64,000 nucleotides of DNA from Myxococcales bacterium (GTDB lineage Bacteria; Myxococcota; Myxococcia; Myxococcales; 40CM-4-68-19), in contig JAIVGS010000002.1 in assembly GCA_020201435.1 (NCBI GenBank), positions 8,529-72,528 of the forward strand, written 5' to 3'. Position 1 is the stretch's first letter, and each line of letters begins with the position of its first letter. Both the position numbers and the translations under genes were made by a program. The notes under the pieces were generated by a model that saw only the letters and a program-made list of their open reading frames with translations, searched no databases and was not told where the DNA came from. Positions 34,489-49,605 of this stretch are shown here, one piece after another.

Positions 34489-35712
34489 ATGGGCGATCGC
34501 ATCGTCGGCGGAGTGATCTCGGAAAAGAACCTGGTCGGAATCCTGGTGGGCATGCTCCATCGCGGCGACCTCGACGCCGCGACGCAGCTCTACGAGCAGG
34601 GCGGCCGCGCGATCGCCGAACAAATGCTCAGCGCGTTGCAGAAGGCGGACCCGCAGATGCGCGACGCGGCGGCGCGGATGTACGTGCAGGCCCGGGACTT
34701 CGCCCGCGGCGCGCGTTTGTACGAGCAGGCCCGCTTCTGGCCGGACGCGGCGAAGCTGTACGAAGAGGCGGGCGATCTCGCTTCCGCCGCGCGCTGCTGG
34801 AAGAAGGCCGGCGAGCCGCAGAAAGCCGCCCGCGCGCTGCACGCCTCGGGAGCGGTGGAGGAAGCCGCCGCGCTCTACCAGGAGCTGAAGCAGCCCGACG
34901 CGCGCGCGGCGGTCCTGGCGCGCGGCGAGCGGTGGCTCGAATCGGCGAAGGCGTATCGCGACGCGGGAAACACCCGCGCGGAGACCGACGTGCTGCGCAC
35001 GGTTCCGGTGGAGCACCCGGATCGCGTCCCGGCGGTGAAGCGGCTCGCCGAGATCCTGCTCAAGCGAAATCGCGCCAGCGAGGCCGCGCAGCTGGTGGCC
35101 GACGCGGCGCGCGACAACGAGACGGGCCGCACCGACGTCGAATTGCACGATCTCCTCGCTTCGCTGTTCGATCAGATCGGTCAGGCCGGCCATGCGGAGC
35201 GCGTGCGCCTGCGGGCGCAGCGGCTCCGCGCGCGGCAGGCCACTCCGGAGGCGGTGCCCGCCGGCGAGACGCCGCCGCCCGAGCAGGATGGTTACCGGTT
35301 CCTCAAGCAGATCCCGATCTTCGCCCGGCTCACGCTCGGCGACATGCGCGATTTGCATCGCCTCGCCACCGAGGAGACCTGGACGCCGGGTCAGCAGATC
35401 GTCGATGCCGGCATCGATGCTCCCGGACTCGTGATCCTGCTCGACGGCGACGCCGAGGTGTATGCGCTGGGGCCCTCGGGTGCGCGGCATCTCAACAGCC
35501 TCGGCCCCGGCGCGCACGTCGGAGAGATCTCGCTGCTGACGAAATCGCTGACCTCGGCGCGCGTGACCGCTTCGACCGAGGTCCGCGGGCTGCGGATCGA
35601 TCGCGAGCGGTTCGAGATGTATCTCGCCAGCCATCCCGCGGCGGCGCTGCGCATCTACCAGCTGTTCAGCGAGGGCCTCGCCGAGCGCGTCCGCGCGCTC
35701 AGCGTTCCGTGA
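34489..35712 (+). CDS. TPR-like helical domain + cyclic-nucleotide-binding domain protein
   Basis: This is the C-terminal 407 aa of ORF 33160..35712. The N-terminal part has helical repeats (ARLYEQARFWPDAAKLYEEAGDLASAARCWKKAG...). The C-terminal cNMP domain reads (FLKQIPIFARLTLGDMRDL...GAHVGEISLLT...RSARVTA). Confidence 0.7.
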   Translation: MGDRIVGGVISEKNLVGILVGMLHRGDLDAATQLYEQGGRAIAEQMLSALQKADPQMRDAAARMYVQARDFARGARLYEQARFWPDAAKLYEEAGDLASAARCWKKAGEPQKAARALHASGAVEEAAALYQELKQPDARAAVLARGERWLESAKAYRDAGNTRAETDVLRTVPVEHPDRVPAVKRLAEILLKRNRASEAAQLVADAARDNETGRTDVELHDLLASLFDQIGQAGHAERVRLRAQRLRARQATPEAVPAGETPPPEQDGYRFLKQIPIFARLTLGDMRDLHRLATEETWTPGQQIVDAGIDAPGLVILLDGDAEVYALGPSGARHLNSLGPGAHVGEISLLTKSLTSARVTASTEVRGLRIDRERFEMYLASHPAAALRIYQLFSEGLAERVRALSVP

Positions 35713-36769
35713 AGCTCAGTGCGACGTCCGACCAGAGCGCGCGGAAGCGGGCGTCGTCGAAATCCGAGCCGGACCGCAGGAAGGTGGCGCCGACCGATTC
35801 GTAGTGGCCGATGACGTCGAGGTGATCGCCGAGGACGATCCCGGCCGCATCGCCGCGCAGCGTCTGCGACCACGCCGGAACGATGCCGTCGTTCGACGTG
35901 TCGGTCAGCGCGATGCGACGTGCGCCGATCCACGGCCCTCGCGGCACCGGCGAGCCGTCGCGCGGCGGCGACGCCGTCAGCGCGTACGTCAGATCGTAGA
36001 GCGCGCGATGCAGGGGCGCGGTGGCGAACGCGATCGGCGAGAAGCCAGCATGCGGCGAGACCGAGACGAAGTTGCGCGGCTCGACGCGGTCGCCGCCTTC
36101 GAGGCCGCGGTTGAGCTCGCCCATCGCCTCCGGCGTGAGGTCGTCGACCAGGCCGTGATCGCGCGAGACGTCCTCGAGAAAGCGGCGGATCTGGTGCGCG
36201 GTCTCGTCGTCGACGTCGGCGAGCTGGGCGATCAGCTGATCGGTCGGCGTCGGCTGCTGCAGGGTGGCCCGCTTGAGCAGATTCGCCACCGTCGCCACCT
36301 GGCCGGCGAGCCTCAGCCGGCCGCGCGAAGCGAGGATGCTGCCGAACCACAGCGCCGGCACCGCCAGCCACGCGCCGCGGCCGATCCGGCGCGCGAGCGG
36401 CGTGCCCTTGAACGGAGCGGAGATCGTCGTCAGCGTCGCGATTCGGCCCAGCATCTCGCCGCGCGGAGGCACCGCGGAATACTTCTCGTTGGCGAGCAGG
36501 CGCGCGTCGAGGCCGCCGCTCGAATGGCCGACGAGGTGCAGTTTGCGCGCGCCGGCCGCGATCAGCTCGGCGATCCTGTCATGCAGGGATCGAACGCGTT
36601 CGGCGAGGGATCCCGCCGGCGGCGGCTGGTGGACCGCGAATCGCATCGGCCGCACGTGTGCGCGCAGCAGGGCGTCCTCGACCCGCGCGAAATATTCGAT
36701 CAGGGGTCGATCCGGATGGCCGAACGCGCCGAACCCGAAGAAGCCGGGCACGAAGACGACCACTTCCAT
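35699..36769 (-). CDS. alpha/beta hydrolase (lipase-like)
   Basis: ORF 35699..36769 (356 aa). It has VVFVPGFFGF and the nucleophile elbow LVGHSSGG. Confidence 0.7.
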   Translation of the reverse strand: MEVVVFVPGFFGFGAFGHPDRPLIEYFARVEDALLRAHVRPMRFAVHQPPPAGSLAERVRSLHDRIAELIAAGARKLHLVGHSSGGLDARLLANEKYSAVPPRGEMLGRIATLTTISAPFKGTPLARRIGRGAWLAVPALWFGSILASRGRLRLAGQVATVANLLKRATLQQPTPTDQLIAQLADVDDETAHQIRRFLEDVSRDHGLVDDLTPEAMGELNRGLEGGDRVEPRNFVSVSPHAGFSPIAFATAPLHRALYDLTYALTASPPRDGSPVPRGPWIGARRIALTDTSNDGIVPAWSQTLRGDAAGIVLGDHLDVIGHYESVGATFLRSGSDFDDARFRALWSDVALSFTER

Positions 36770-37464
36770 CAGCCGCTGCCCAGCCGCTTCTTCAGCTCCT
36801 CGCGGGTGATGAAGCCGAGGTCGATCAGCACCTGGCAGAGCACGTTGAGCGCGTGGTGATCCTTTTCCGCGATCTGCTCGAGCCGCTCGACCCGCGCGAG
36901 CAGCCCGGCGAACTGCGGAGTGGAGAGCATCTTCTCCAGCCGCGCGACGCGATCGCGGAGATCGTCCGGCTGCTCGGGTTCGGGATGGATTTCGGGAGGA
37001 ATCTCCGGTTCAGCCTCCGCTGGCGGCGCGCCGAACGCCACCCGGATCGCCCCGGCGATCGAGTCCGCGGTCGCGGCTGCGGCTTCGATGCGAAAGCCGC
37101 TCAACTGCCCGATCATCGCCAGCCGTTCGGGATTCGCGGGCGCGGAGGTCGCGACGCGGAGCAGCTTCGCTTCCATATTCCCGCTGACCGGGATCACGCC
37201 GTATCGCTTGCACAACGCTTCGGTCAGCGCGGCGGCGAGCTCGCGCGGCGGCGGCGTCAGTTCCGGATTGACCATCGGAATGCCCAGCTGGTGCGCCTGC
37301 GCGCGCAGCATCACCTCTTCGTTGACGAAGCCGAGGTCGACGAGCAGGCTGGCGAGGTCGCCGCCGACCTTCTTCTGGTGATCGCGCGCATAGCGCAGCT
37401 GCTCGTCGTCGATGGCGCGATGGCGCAGGAGGAGGTCTTCGATCGCGATCCGCGGTCGCGCCAT
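36769..37464 (-). CDS. Stand-alone GspE/MshE N-terminal (T2SSE_N) domain protein
   Basis: ORF 36769..37464 (231 aa). Motifs are LLLRHRAIDDEQLRYARDHQKKVGGDLASLLVDLGFVNEEVMLRAQAHQLGIPMV... and a C-terminal VLIDLGFITREELKKRL. There is no ATPase domain. Confidence 0.65.
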   Translation of the reverse strand: MARPRIAIEDLLLRHRAIDDEQLRYARDHQKKVGGDLASLLVDLGFVNEEVMLRAQAHQLGIPMVNPELTPPPRELAAALTEALCKRYGVIPVSGNMEAKLLRVATSAPANPERLAMIGQLSGFRIEAAAATADSIAGAIRVAFGAPPAEAEPEIPPEIHPEPEQPDDLRDRVARLEKMLSTPQFAGLLARVERLEQIAEKDHHALNVLCQVLIDLGFITREELKKRLGSG

Positions 37465-37514
37465 CGCCCGATCCTGCGCCGGACAGCGGCGGCAGTCCAG
37501 AATATGCTCGCCAC

Positions 37515-38579
37515 ATGTTGAAGCCGCCGATCGCGCCGATGCTGGCCAAGCTCTCGACTGCGCTGCCCGAGGGGGACGGGTGGCTGTACGAGCCGAAATG
37601 GGACGGTTTTCGCGCGCTGGTCTTCCGCGACGGTTCGGACGTCTACCTGCAGAGCCGCGATCTGAAGCCGTTGAACCGGTATTTTCCCGAGCTGCTCGGA
37701 CCGCTGGGTGCGCAGCTGCCGGCGGGGTGCGTGCTGGATGGGGAGATCGTGATCGCCGACCCGTCGGGGCATCTCGACTTCGACGCGCTGCTGCTGCGGA
37801 TCCATCCGGCCGAATCGCGGATCAAGCTGCTCGCTTCGCAGACGCCGGCGTCGTACGTCGCGTTCGATCTCCTCGCGCGAGACGGCGAGGATCTGACCGG
37901 AACGGCGCAGGCGAAGCGGCGCGAGCTGCTGGAGAAGATCCTCTCACGGGCGACGCCCCCGCTGTACCTGACGCCGGCGACGCGCAACCGTTCGGTTGCG
38001 GGAGACTGGTTCTCCCGCTTCGAGGGTGCGGGCCTCGACGGTGTGGTCGCCAAGCGGCTGGAAGAGGCGTACCAGCCTGACAAGCGCGTCATGCTCAAGG
38101 TGAAGCACGCCCGCACCGCGGACTGCGTGGTCGCCGGTTTTCGCTGGCACAAGAACGGGCCGGGAACGATGGTCGGATCTCTCCTGCTCGGGCTCTACGA
38201 CGACTCCGGGACGCTGCACCACGTCGGCGTGACGTCCTCGTTCACCACCGCGGCGCGCAAGCAGCTCGTCGCGGAGCTCGAGCCGCTCCGCGCCGGCGCC
38301 GCGGAGAACCATCCCTGGCGCGATTGGGCTTCGTGGGCCGGCGAGCAGCGGATGCCGGGCGCGACTTCGCGCTGGAATCGCGGCAAAGACCTCTCGTGGG
38401 AACCGCTGCGCATCGAGCGGGTGTGCGAGGTTGCCTACGACCATCTGCAGGGCGACCGGTTCCGCCACGCGACCACCTTCAAGCGCTGGCGTCCGGACAA
38501 GCCGCCGTCCGAGTGCCGCTACGATCAACTCGAGGAGACGCCCGCTGCGGAGCTGAAGCAGATCTTCGGCGCGCGTTGA
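37515..38579 (+). CDS. ligC: ATP-dependent DNA ligase (LigC-like, ligase domain only)
   Basis: ORF 37515..38579 (354 aa). Motif I is YEPKWDGFR. Further motifs are LDGEIV, DGVVAKR and MLKVKH. Confidence 0.85.
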   Translation: MLKPPIAPMLAKLSTALPEGDGWLYEPKWDGFRALVFRDGSDVYLQSRDLKPLNRYFPELLGPLGAQLPAGCVLDGEIVIADPSGHLDFDALLLRIHPAESRIKLLASQTPASYVAFDLLARDGEDLTGTAQAKRRELLEKILSRATPPLYLTPATRNRSVAGDWFSRFEGAGLDGVVAKRLEEAYQPDKRVMLKVKHARTADCVVAGFRWHKNGPGTMVGSLLLGLYDDSGTLHHVGVTSSFTTAARKQLVAELEPLRAGAAENHPWRDWASWAGEQRMPGATSRWNRGKDLSWEPLRIERVCEVAYDHLQGDRFRHATTFKRWRPDKPPSECRYDQLEETPAAELKQIFGAR

Positions 38580-38619
38580 CGCTTGCCTGCGGCGACTTGT
38601 CCATTTTCACGGGCTCCGT

Positions 38620-39636
38620 ATGCTGAAAAGCGTGCCGGCGCGCAAGGAGCTGCTCCAGGTCGAAGGCCGCGAGGTCGCGATCTCGAATCCCGACAAGGTC
38701 TTTTTCCCGCAGCGCGCGATCACCAAGCTCGACCTGGTCAAGTACTACCTCGCGGTCGCCGCGGGCGCGCTGCGCGGAGCGGGCGGCCGGCCGATGGCGC
38801 TCAAGCGCTACGTCAACGGCGCCGAGGGAGCATTCTTCTTCCAGAAGCGCGCGCCGGAAGCGCGGCCGCTGTGGATCGAGGTCGTGGAGCTGAAGTTTCC
38901 CTCCGGGCGCACCGCGCGGGAGATCGTGCTGCGCGATGCGGCGCAGCTGGCATGGATCGTCAACCTCGGCTGCATCGATCTGCATCCGCACCCGGTGCGC
39001 GCGGAGGATCTCGATCATCCCGACGAGCTGCGCGTCGATCTCGATCCGGTCCCGAACGTGCCCTTCTCGCAGGTCCGCGAGGTCGCGCTGCTGGCGCGCG
39101 AGGTGCTGCGCGAGCACCGCCTGGAAGGATTTCCCAAGACCTCGGGTTCGCGCGGGATTCACGTCAACGTGCGGATTCAACCGCGCTGGACCTTCCAAGA
39201 CGTGCGCGCGGCTGCGCTCGCGCTCGCGCGCGAAGTGGAGCGCCGCGCGCCATCGCTGGCGACGTCGAAGTGGTGGAAGGAAGAGCGGCATGGCGTGTTC
39301 ATCGACTACAACCAGAACGCGAAGGATCGGACGGTCGCGTCCGCGTATTCGGTGCGGCCCACGCCCGACGCGCGAGTCTCGACGCCCCTCGGCTGGGACG
39401 AAGTTCCGAACGTCGACCCTGCGGAGTTCACGCTCGAGACGGTGCCACGGCGCTTCGCGGCGCTCGGCGATCCGCACGCGAAGATCGAGGAGGAGAAGGG
39501 CTCGCTCGAATCGCTGCTCGAGCTGTCGGCGCGGCAGAAATCGGAAGGGCAGGGCGATGCGCCGTGGCCGCCGCATTACGCCAAGCAGGACGACGAACCG
39601 CCGCGCGTGCAGCCCTCGAAGCGCCGCAAGCGCTAG
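38620..39636 (+). CDS. LigD-polymerase-domain-like primase-polymerase (Prim-Pol)
   Basis: ORF 38620..39636 (338 aa). Motifs are ISNPDKVFFP, DLDP, KTSGSRGIHVNVRI and FIDYNQNAKDRTVASAYSVRP. Confidence 0.85.
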   Translation: MLKSVPARKELLQVEGREVAISNPDKVFFPQRAITKLDLVKYYLAVAAGALRGAGGRPMALKRYVNGAEGAFFFQKRAPEARPLWIEVVELKFPSGRTAREIVLRDAAQLAWIVNLGCIDLHPHPVRAEDLDHPDELRVDLDPVPNVPFSQVREVALLAREVLREHRLEGFPKTSGSRGIHVNVRIQPRWTFQDVRAAALALAREVERRAPSLATSKWWKEERHGVFIDYNQNAKDRTVASAYSVRPTPDARVSTPLGWDEVPNVDPAEFTLETVPRRFAALGDPHAKIEEEKGSLESLLELSARQKSEGQGDAPWPPHYAKQDDEPPRVQPSKRRKR

Positions 39637-40013
39637 TGCCACTCCTGGTTGCGCACGATGACGCCGCCGGTCATCGTCGGCGGACCCGGGCGTACCGCCG
39701 CTTCCAGTTTTTCCACCAGCGCCGGCGGGTCGATCGCGATCCGCACGCCTGCCTGAGCGGCGCCGGCGAGCACCGTGACCATCGCCGCGGTCCGCAACGC
39801 CTCGCGGAAAACCGGGCGTCCTTCGCGGAGCACGAATCGGACGCACGGCGGTTCGCTGGTCGACAACAGCCGCGCCGCCTCCTCGCGCGTGAAGGTCGAG
39901 AGATCGAGCACGTCGCGTCCGCACACCTTGCAGTGCGAAACCGGTTCCTGGAATTCGGCAGCCAGTGGGCAGGGTGTGAGGACCCGCAAAGTGTCCAGCG
40001 ATCGCTTCGCCAT
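39633..40013 (-). CDS. Hypothetical small Cys-containing protein
   Basis: This is the C-terminal 126 aa of ORF 39633..42221. The N-terminal pattern CP...HCKVCGRDVLDLSTFTREEAARLL is followed by a hydrophobic segment. The family is not named. Confidence 0.45.
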   Translation of the reverse strand: MAKRSLDTLRVLTPCPLAAEFQEPVSHCKVCGRDVLDLSTFTREEAARLLSTSEPPCVRFVLREGRPVFREALRTAAMVTVLAGAAQAGVRIAIDPPALVEKLEAAVRPGPPTMTGGVIVRNQEWH

Positions 40014-40157
40014 CCGGGGCAGAACGCGCGATGTCGTTCCGCGATCTATCGATCGTAGATCCCGCCGCAAGTGAAAAGCCAACGAGTACGGCAGGATAGG
40101 CACGGCACGCGGCGTGAATTGGCGGACTTCAACCCTTTTCGGAGCCGGAGCCCGCCG

Positions 40158-42410
40158 ATGAACCGCATTGCGACATTGCTCTTCCTTTTCGCCGCCCCTT
40201 CGTTCGCGCAAGCCCAGGGTGCGCTGTTCGAACGCGCGCAAACCGGGCCGAGCCCGAATCTGCGCGCGGTCGCCGAGCGCGTGCGGGTGACGATCGATCA
40301 CCAGTATGCGGAGACCGTGCTCGAGCAGGAATTCGAAAACACGTCGGGCGCGCGACTCGAGGGTCGCTACCTCCTGCGCACCGCGGGCGCGACCGTCGAA
40401 GGATTCGCCTACTGGAACGGCGAGCAGAAGATCGTCGGCGAGGTCTTCGAGAAGCAGCAGGCGCGCAACCTCTACGAGAACGTCGTCGGCCGCAGGCGCG
40501 ACCCGGGGTTGCTCGAGCAGATCGGCGAAGGAAGCTTCGCGTTCAACGTCTTTCCGATCGAGCCGCGCGAGAGGAAGCGCGTCGAGGTCCGCTTCGGCCA
40601 GCGGCTCGCGCGCGAAGGCCGAACGATGCAGTACCGGCTGACGCTCGGTGGCGGCGAGAGCGACGTCGTCGCCGAGATCTCCGATCCGCATCCGATCCTG
40701 CGCATCGATTCGCAGAGTCATCGGCTCGACACCGAACGACTCGACGCGCGGCACGCGCGGGTGCGCGCCTTCGCCGGGCCATCGGGGACGCGAGACCTGA
40801 TCATCGACGTCGAGGTCAACGCCGATCCGTGGCAGCCGACCGCCGTCGTGCATCGCGATCCGGGCCAGGACCCCTACCTGGTGCTGCAGATGGCCGCGCC
40901 GGCGACGGTCGCGGCGAGCGAAGTCAGCCGCAAGGACGTGACCGTGGTGATCGATCGATCGGGCAGCATGACCGGCCCGCCGATGGACCAGGCCTGCGCT
41001 GCCGGCGAGCTGGTCGTGCGCCGGTTGCGGCGGGGCGATCGCGTCAACGTGATCGCCTTCGATCACACCGTCGATCCGCTGTTCACGAAGCCGCAGCCGG
41101 TCGAGACCGCGCGCGATGCGGCGCTGCAGTTCATCCATCGCATCCGCGCGGGCGGCGGCACCAACATCGCCGCGGCGCTCGACGCCGCGCTCCGCGCGCA
41201 GCACGGCGGGACCGAGCCTCACATCGTCCTCTTCCTCACCGACGGCCAGTCGGACAGTGAATCGGCGCTGCGGGTCGCTCACGACGATCGCGGCGACACG
41301 CGCGTGTTCACCTTCGGCCTCGGGAGCGAGGTGGAGAAGGCGCTTCTCTCGCGGCTCGCTTCGACCAAACGCGGGCGCTTCACGTACGTCGAGAGTCCGG
41401 AGGTCATCGAGCAGCGGGTGGGCCGCCTCTTCGACCAGATCGAGTCGCCCGCGCTGGTCGGGCTCTCGCTGGAGGCGCGGGGCGCGACGCTGCTGCGCAC
41501 GTATCCCCGGACGCTGCCGGATCTCTCGGCGGGCGACGACCTGCTCGTCGCGTCGCGGGTGATGGGCGCCCCGGGGTCGCAGCTCGAGCTGGTCGTGCAC
41601 GGCACGCTCGGCGGGCGGCAGGTTTCGTATCCGGTCAGCGTCACGCTGCCGGAGCGCGCCTCGCACCCGTGGGCGGGGCGGCTGTGGGCGAAGTCGCGCA
41701 TCGACGACGTGCTGGAGGAGATGGCGTTGACCCGCGATCCGCCCAACGAGCTGAAGGACGAGGTCATCGAGCTCGGGCTGGCGTACGACCTGGTGACCCC
41801 GTACACGTCGTTCCTCGCCGTGCCCGAGAGCGAGCTCGCCGGCGAGCAGGCGCTGACACTGGCGCAGATGCGCGAGCAGCGGGCGAAGGTCGTCGCGGCG
41901 AACGCCGACGCGGCGGCGCTGTCGCGCAAGAACATGCCGCCCGGCGATCCGCTGCTGACGGTGAACGCGCCGCGGGATGCCCTGCAGGTCACCGCATATT
42001 TCCCGTTCGGGCTGGTGCGCGACCTGAAATGGGACGATCACCTCGAGAAATGGACGCTGCGTTTCCTGGTGCCAGTCGGTGTCGCCGACGGCGATTACGA
42101 GGCGATGGTGGTCATCGTGCGCCGCGATCACACCATCGAGCTGGCGAAAGCGGCGTACACGATCGACAGCAAGGAGCCGGAGTTCGAGGTCGATGCCGCG
42201 CAGGCGATCTCCGGCGTGCACGTACGCGTAATCGCCGCCGAGCCGGCGCGGCGTGTGACCGTGGCTCTCGCCCGCGATCCGCGGCAGCGCATCGAGCTCG
42301 CCGGCGACGGCCGCGTGTTCGAAGGCGATCTTCCCGTGCGCGGCACGCTGCGGGTCGTGGTCGCGGACATGGCGCGGAACGAGACCTCGCGCGAGGTCGA
42401 GCCGCGATGA
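40158..42410 (+). CDS. Secreted VIT (vault/inter-alpha-trypsin) + von Willebrand factor A domain protein
   Basis: ORF 40071..42410, from M30. It has a signal peptide (MNRIATLLFLFAAPSFAQA), a VIT-like N-terminus and a VWA MIDAS motif (VVIDRSGSM...TNIAAAL...LFLTDGQSD). Confidence 0.8.
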   Translation: MNRIATLLFLFAAPSFAQAQGALFERAQTGPSPNLRAVAERVRVTIDHQYAETVLEQEFENTSGARLEGRYLLRTAGATVEGFAYWNGEQKIVGEVFEKQQARNLYENVVGRRRDPGLLEQIGEGSFAFNVFPIEPRERKRVEVRFGQRLAREGRTMQYRLTLGGGESDVVAEISDPHPILRIDSQSHRLDTERLDARHARVRAFAGPSGTRDLIIDVEVNADPWQPTAVVHRDPGQDPYLVLQMAAPATVAASEVSRKDVTVVIDRSGSMTGPPMDQACAAGELVVRRLRRGDRVNVIAFDHTVDPLFTKPQPVETARDAALQFIHRIRAGGGTNIAAALDAALRAQHGGTEPHIVLFLTDGQSDSESALRVAHDDRGDTRVFTFGLGSEVEKALLSRLASTKRGRFTYVESPEVIEQRVGRLFDQIESPALVGLSLEARGATLLRTYPRTLPDLSAGDDLLVASRVMGAPGSQLELVVHGTLGGRQVSYPVSVTLPERASHPWAGRLWAKSRIDDVLEEMALTRDPPNELKDEVIELGLAYDLVTPYTSFLAVPESELAGEQALTLAQMREQRAKVVAANADAAALSRKNMPPGDPLLTVNAPRDALQVTAYFPFGLVRDLKWDDHLEKWTLRFLVPVGVADGDYEAMVVIVRRDHTIELAKAAYTIDSKEPEFEVDAAQAISGVHVRVIAAEPARRVTVALARDPRQRIELAGDGRVFEGDLPVRGTLRVVVADMARNETSREVEPR

Positions 42411-43584
42411 TCGCGGCGCTTCTCCTCGCGGCGATCTTCACCGACACCGCGCAAGTCGAGAGCATTGCCACCGCCGGCGCGACCCTCTGGGCCGCGACCG
42501 GCGGCGGCGTCGAACGGTACGATCTCGCCACCGGCAAGCGGGTCCGCGTCCACACCATCGGGCCGACGCTGCGGATTTGGTCAAATGACCAAAACGGTCA
42601 AATCGCTCATGCGCGCACGCGGGATTCCGAGTGCATCCTCGAGGGCGAGACCGCAGAGTGCATTGCGGCGCCAGCGCTGCCGCCGTCGATCCCCTCGGTG
42701 ACTCCGCTGTTTCACGGAGCGCGCGAGACCGCACGCGTCGTCGCAAACGGCACGACCGTCGTCGCCACCGCGGGCAAGGGCATTTGGTCAAACGACCAAA
42801 TGCTCACCCCGCCAGGCCAGATCTGCGGCAATTACGTCGAGGCGCTGGCCGAATTCCAGGGAAAGCTGTGGGTCGGCGGGTTCGACGGCGGCCTCTGTGT
42901 CCTGGACGGGCAGCGTTTCCGAGCGGTGGCGGGGCCGTTCCGGATGATCAACGACCTGCGCACCACGCCGAAAGGCCTCTACGTCGCCTCGGCCGAGGGC
43001 CTCTACTTCACCCGCGACGGCCGCCGGTTCCGCCGCGAAGACCGCATCCGCGAGCGGGCCGTCAACCACCTCGCCGTCGGCGGCCGGTGGCTCTTCGCCA
43101 CCACGCCGTTCGCGCTGTACGCCGTCCGGCTCGATGGCCGGATCGTCAAGCGCTGGCGAAAGCCGGCCGGCTCGACCGCCCTGCAATCGGTCGCGGTGAG
43201 CGGACCGAATCTCTGGCTCGCGTCGGAAGACGTCGGCGTCATCCGCATGCGCCGAGGCAGGTTCGAAGCTTACGACCGCGCCTGGGGATTGCCGTCCAGC
43301 TGGACGGTCGACGTCGCACCGGCGTCCGACGGCGGCGTCTGGGCGGCGACGCTGCGCAACGGCTCGGTCCATCTCGACGCCAACGGACGCGTGATCGAGC
43401 TCGGCCCCGACCCGCACGCCTGGGGACTGCGCCTCTACCAGGACCGGGGCCGCACGCTCTTCGGCACGCAACAGGGCCTCGAAGGCATCGAGGGCCTCCC
43501 CGATCCGCACGTGCACGCGATCCTCCGGACACGCGACGGCCTCTGGATCGGCACCGAGGGCGGCCTGGTCCTGCTCGACGATGC

Positions 43585-43588
<4 letters not shown>
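42407..43588 (+). CDS. beta-propeller-like repeat protein (two-component-regulator-propeller-like)
   Basis: This is the C-terminal 393 aa of ORF 41669..43588, with an ATGA overlap onto the VWA gene. It carries repeated G.LW(V/A)(G/A)T / GL..... motifs. It contains two copies of the TTGGTCA palindrome. Confidence 0.6.
42577..42611. repeat. TTGGTCA-NN-TGACCAA family, long (35-nt) form: TTGGTCAAATGACCAAAACGGTCAAATCGCTCATG
   Basis: Read directly, inside the propeller gene. It encodes IWSNDQNGQIAHA. Confidence 0.9.
42781..42802. repeat. TTGGTCA-NN-TGACCAA family copy (CATTTGGTCAAACGACCAAATG; core 42784-42799, 1 mismatch)
   Basis: Read directly, inside the propeller gene. It encodes GIWSNDQM. Confidence 0.8.
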
Positions 43589-46764
<3,176 letters not shown>

Positions 46765-46797
46765 GACGCTTCAGTTTGCCACCGGTCGGCGCAACCG

Positions 46798-46910
46798 CCA
46801 AAAAGCAAAATCTCACCGCGAAGACGCGAAGGGTTAAGTTCGCAGGCCCAACGTCGCCGAGCAACCAACCCGAAACCTTTGCGCCTTCGCGCCTTCGCGG
46901 TGCGCAGTCG
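46798..46910. repeat. Hairpin repeat element, copy E3
   Basis: AAAAAGCAAAATCTCACCGCGAAGACGCGAAGGG (arm 46814-46833) pairs with CCTTTGCGCCTTCGCGCCTTCGCGGTG (46876-46902). It lies between the lon stop and the kinase start. Confidence 0.8.
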
Positions 46911-46913
46911 CTC

Positions 46914-49214
<2,301 letters not shown>

Positions 49215-49234
49215 ATTCTTCTCCTTCGCTGCGG

Positions 49235-49262
49235 AACGTAAGGCCCGCAAAGCTCGTGTCAA
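49235..49262 (-). promoter_or_regulatory. Candidate sigma70-type promoter for lon (TTGACA-N15/16-TTACGT)
   Basis: On the minus strand I read TTGACAcgagctttgcgggccTTACGTtcc about 20-45 nt upstream of the TTG start. The spacing is short and the -10 hexamer is weak. Confidence 0.3.
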
Positions 49263-49294
49263 ACGAAGCGCGTTTTGCAAAATTGTTTCGGTTA

Positions 49295-49320
49295 CCGAAG
49301 GGCAGGACTTCACCCTTCGG
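49295..49320 (-). terminator. Candidate hairpin (CCGAAGGG-N10-CCCTTCGG) upstream of the lon promoter
   Basis: This is an 8-bp GC-rich stem. On the minus strand it is followed at a distance by AATTTTG. It could insulate lon from upstream transcription. There is no canonical U-tract. Confidence 0.3.
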
Positions 49321-49360
49321 GTCGCTGCTTGGATGCTCGGCGGCCGTCGGAGATTCCGGC

Positions 49361-49605
49361 ATCGATCTCGTCGTCTCGCCGCCGTTCGCGACTCCGGCGC
49401 TGCCGCACGGCGGCGCGAAGAACTCGTCCTCGTGGCGAGCGCGAGCATGCTGTGGAACATCGCGCAGCTTCCCGCCGGCGTGGTGCCGGTAACGATGGTC
49501 CGGCCCGGCGAGGCCCGCCGCGACGGCGCGCGCGGTCTGCTCGGCAAGCTGGCGGCGAACGTCGACGCGCAGAGCGCCGGCCTGCCGGTCGGCGCGCAGC
49601 TCTCG
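49361..49605 (+). pseudogene. C-terminal relic of an amidase-signature (FAAH-like) gene, frameshifted and 5'-truncated
   Basis: Two frames read IDLVVSPPFATPALPHGG and then MLWNIAQLPAGVVPVTMVRPGE...GLPVGAQLS. These match the C-terminal region of amidase/FAAH-family enzymes. No N-terminal amidase signature lies upstream, because lon starts at 49214. Confidence 0.45.
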
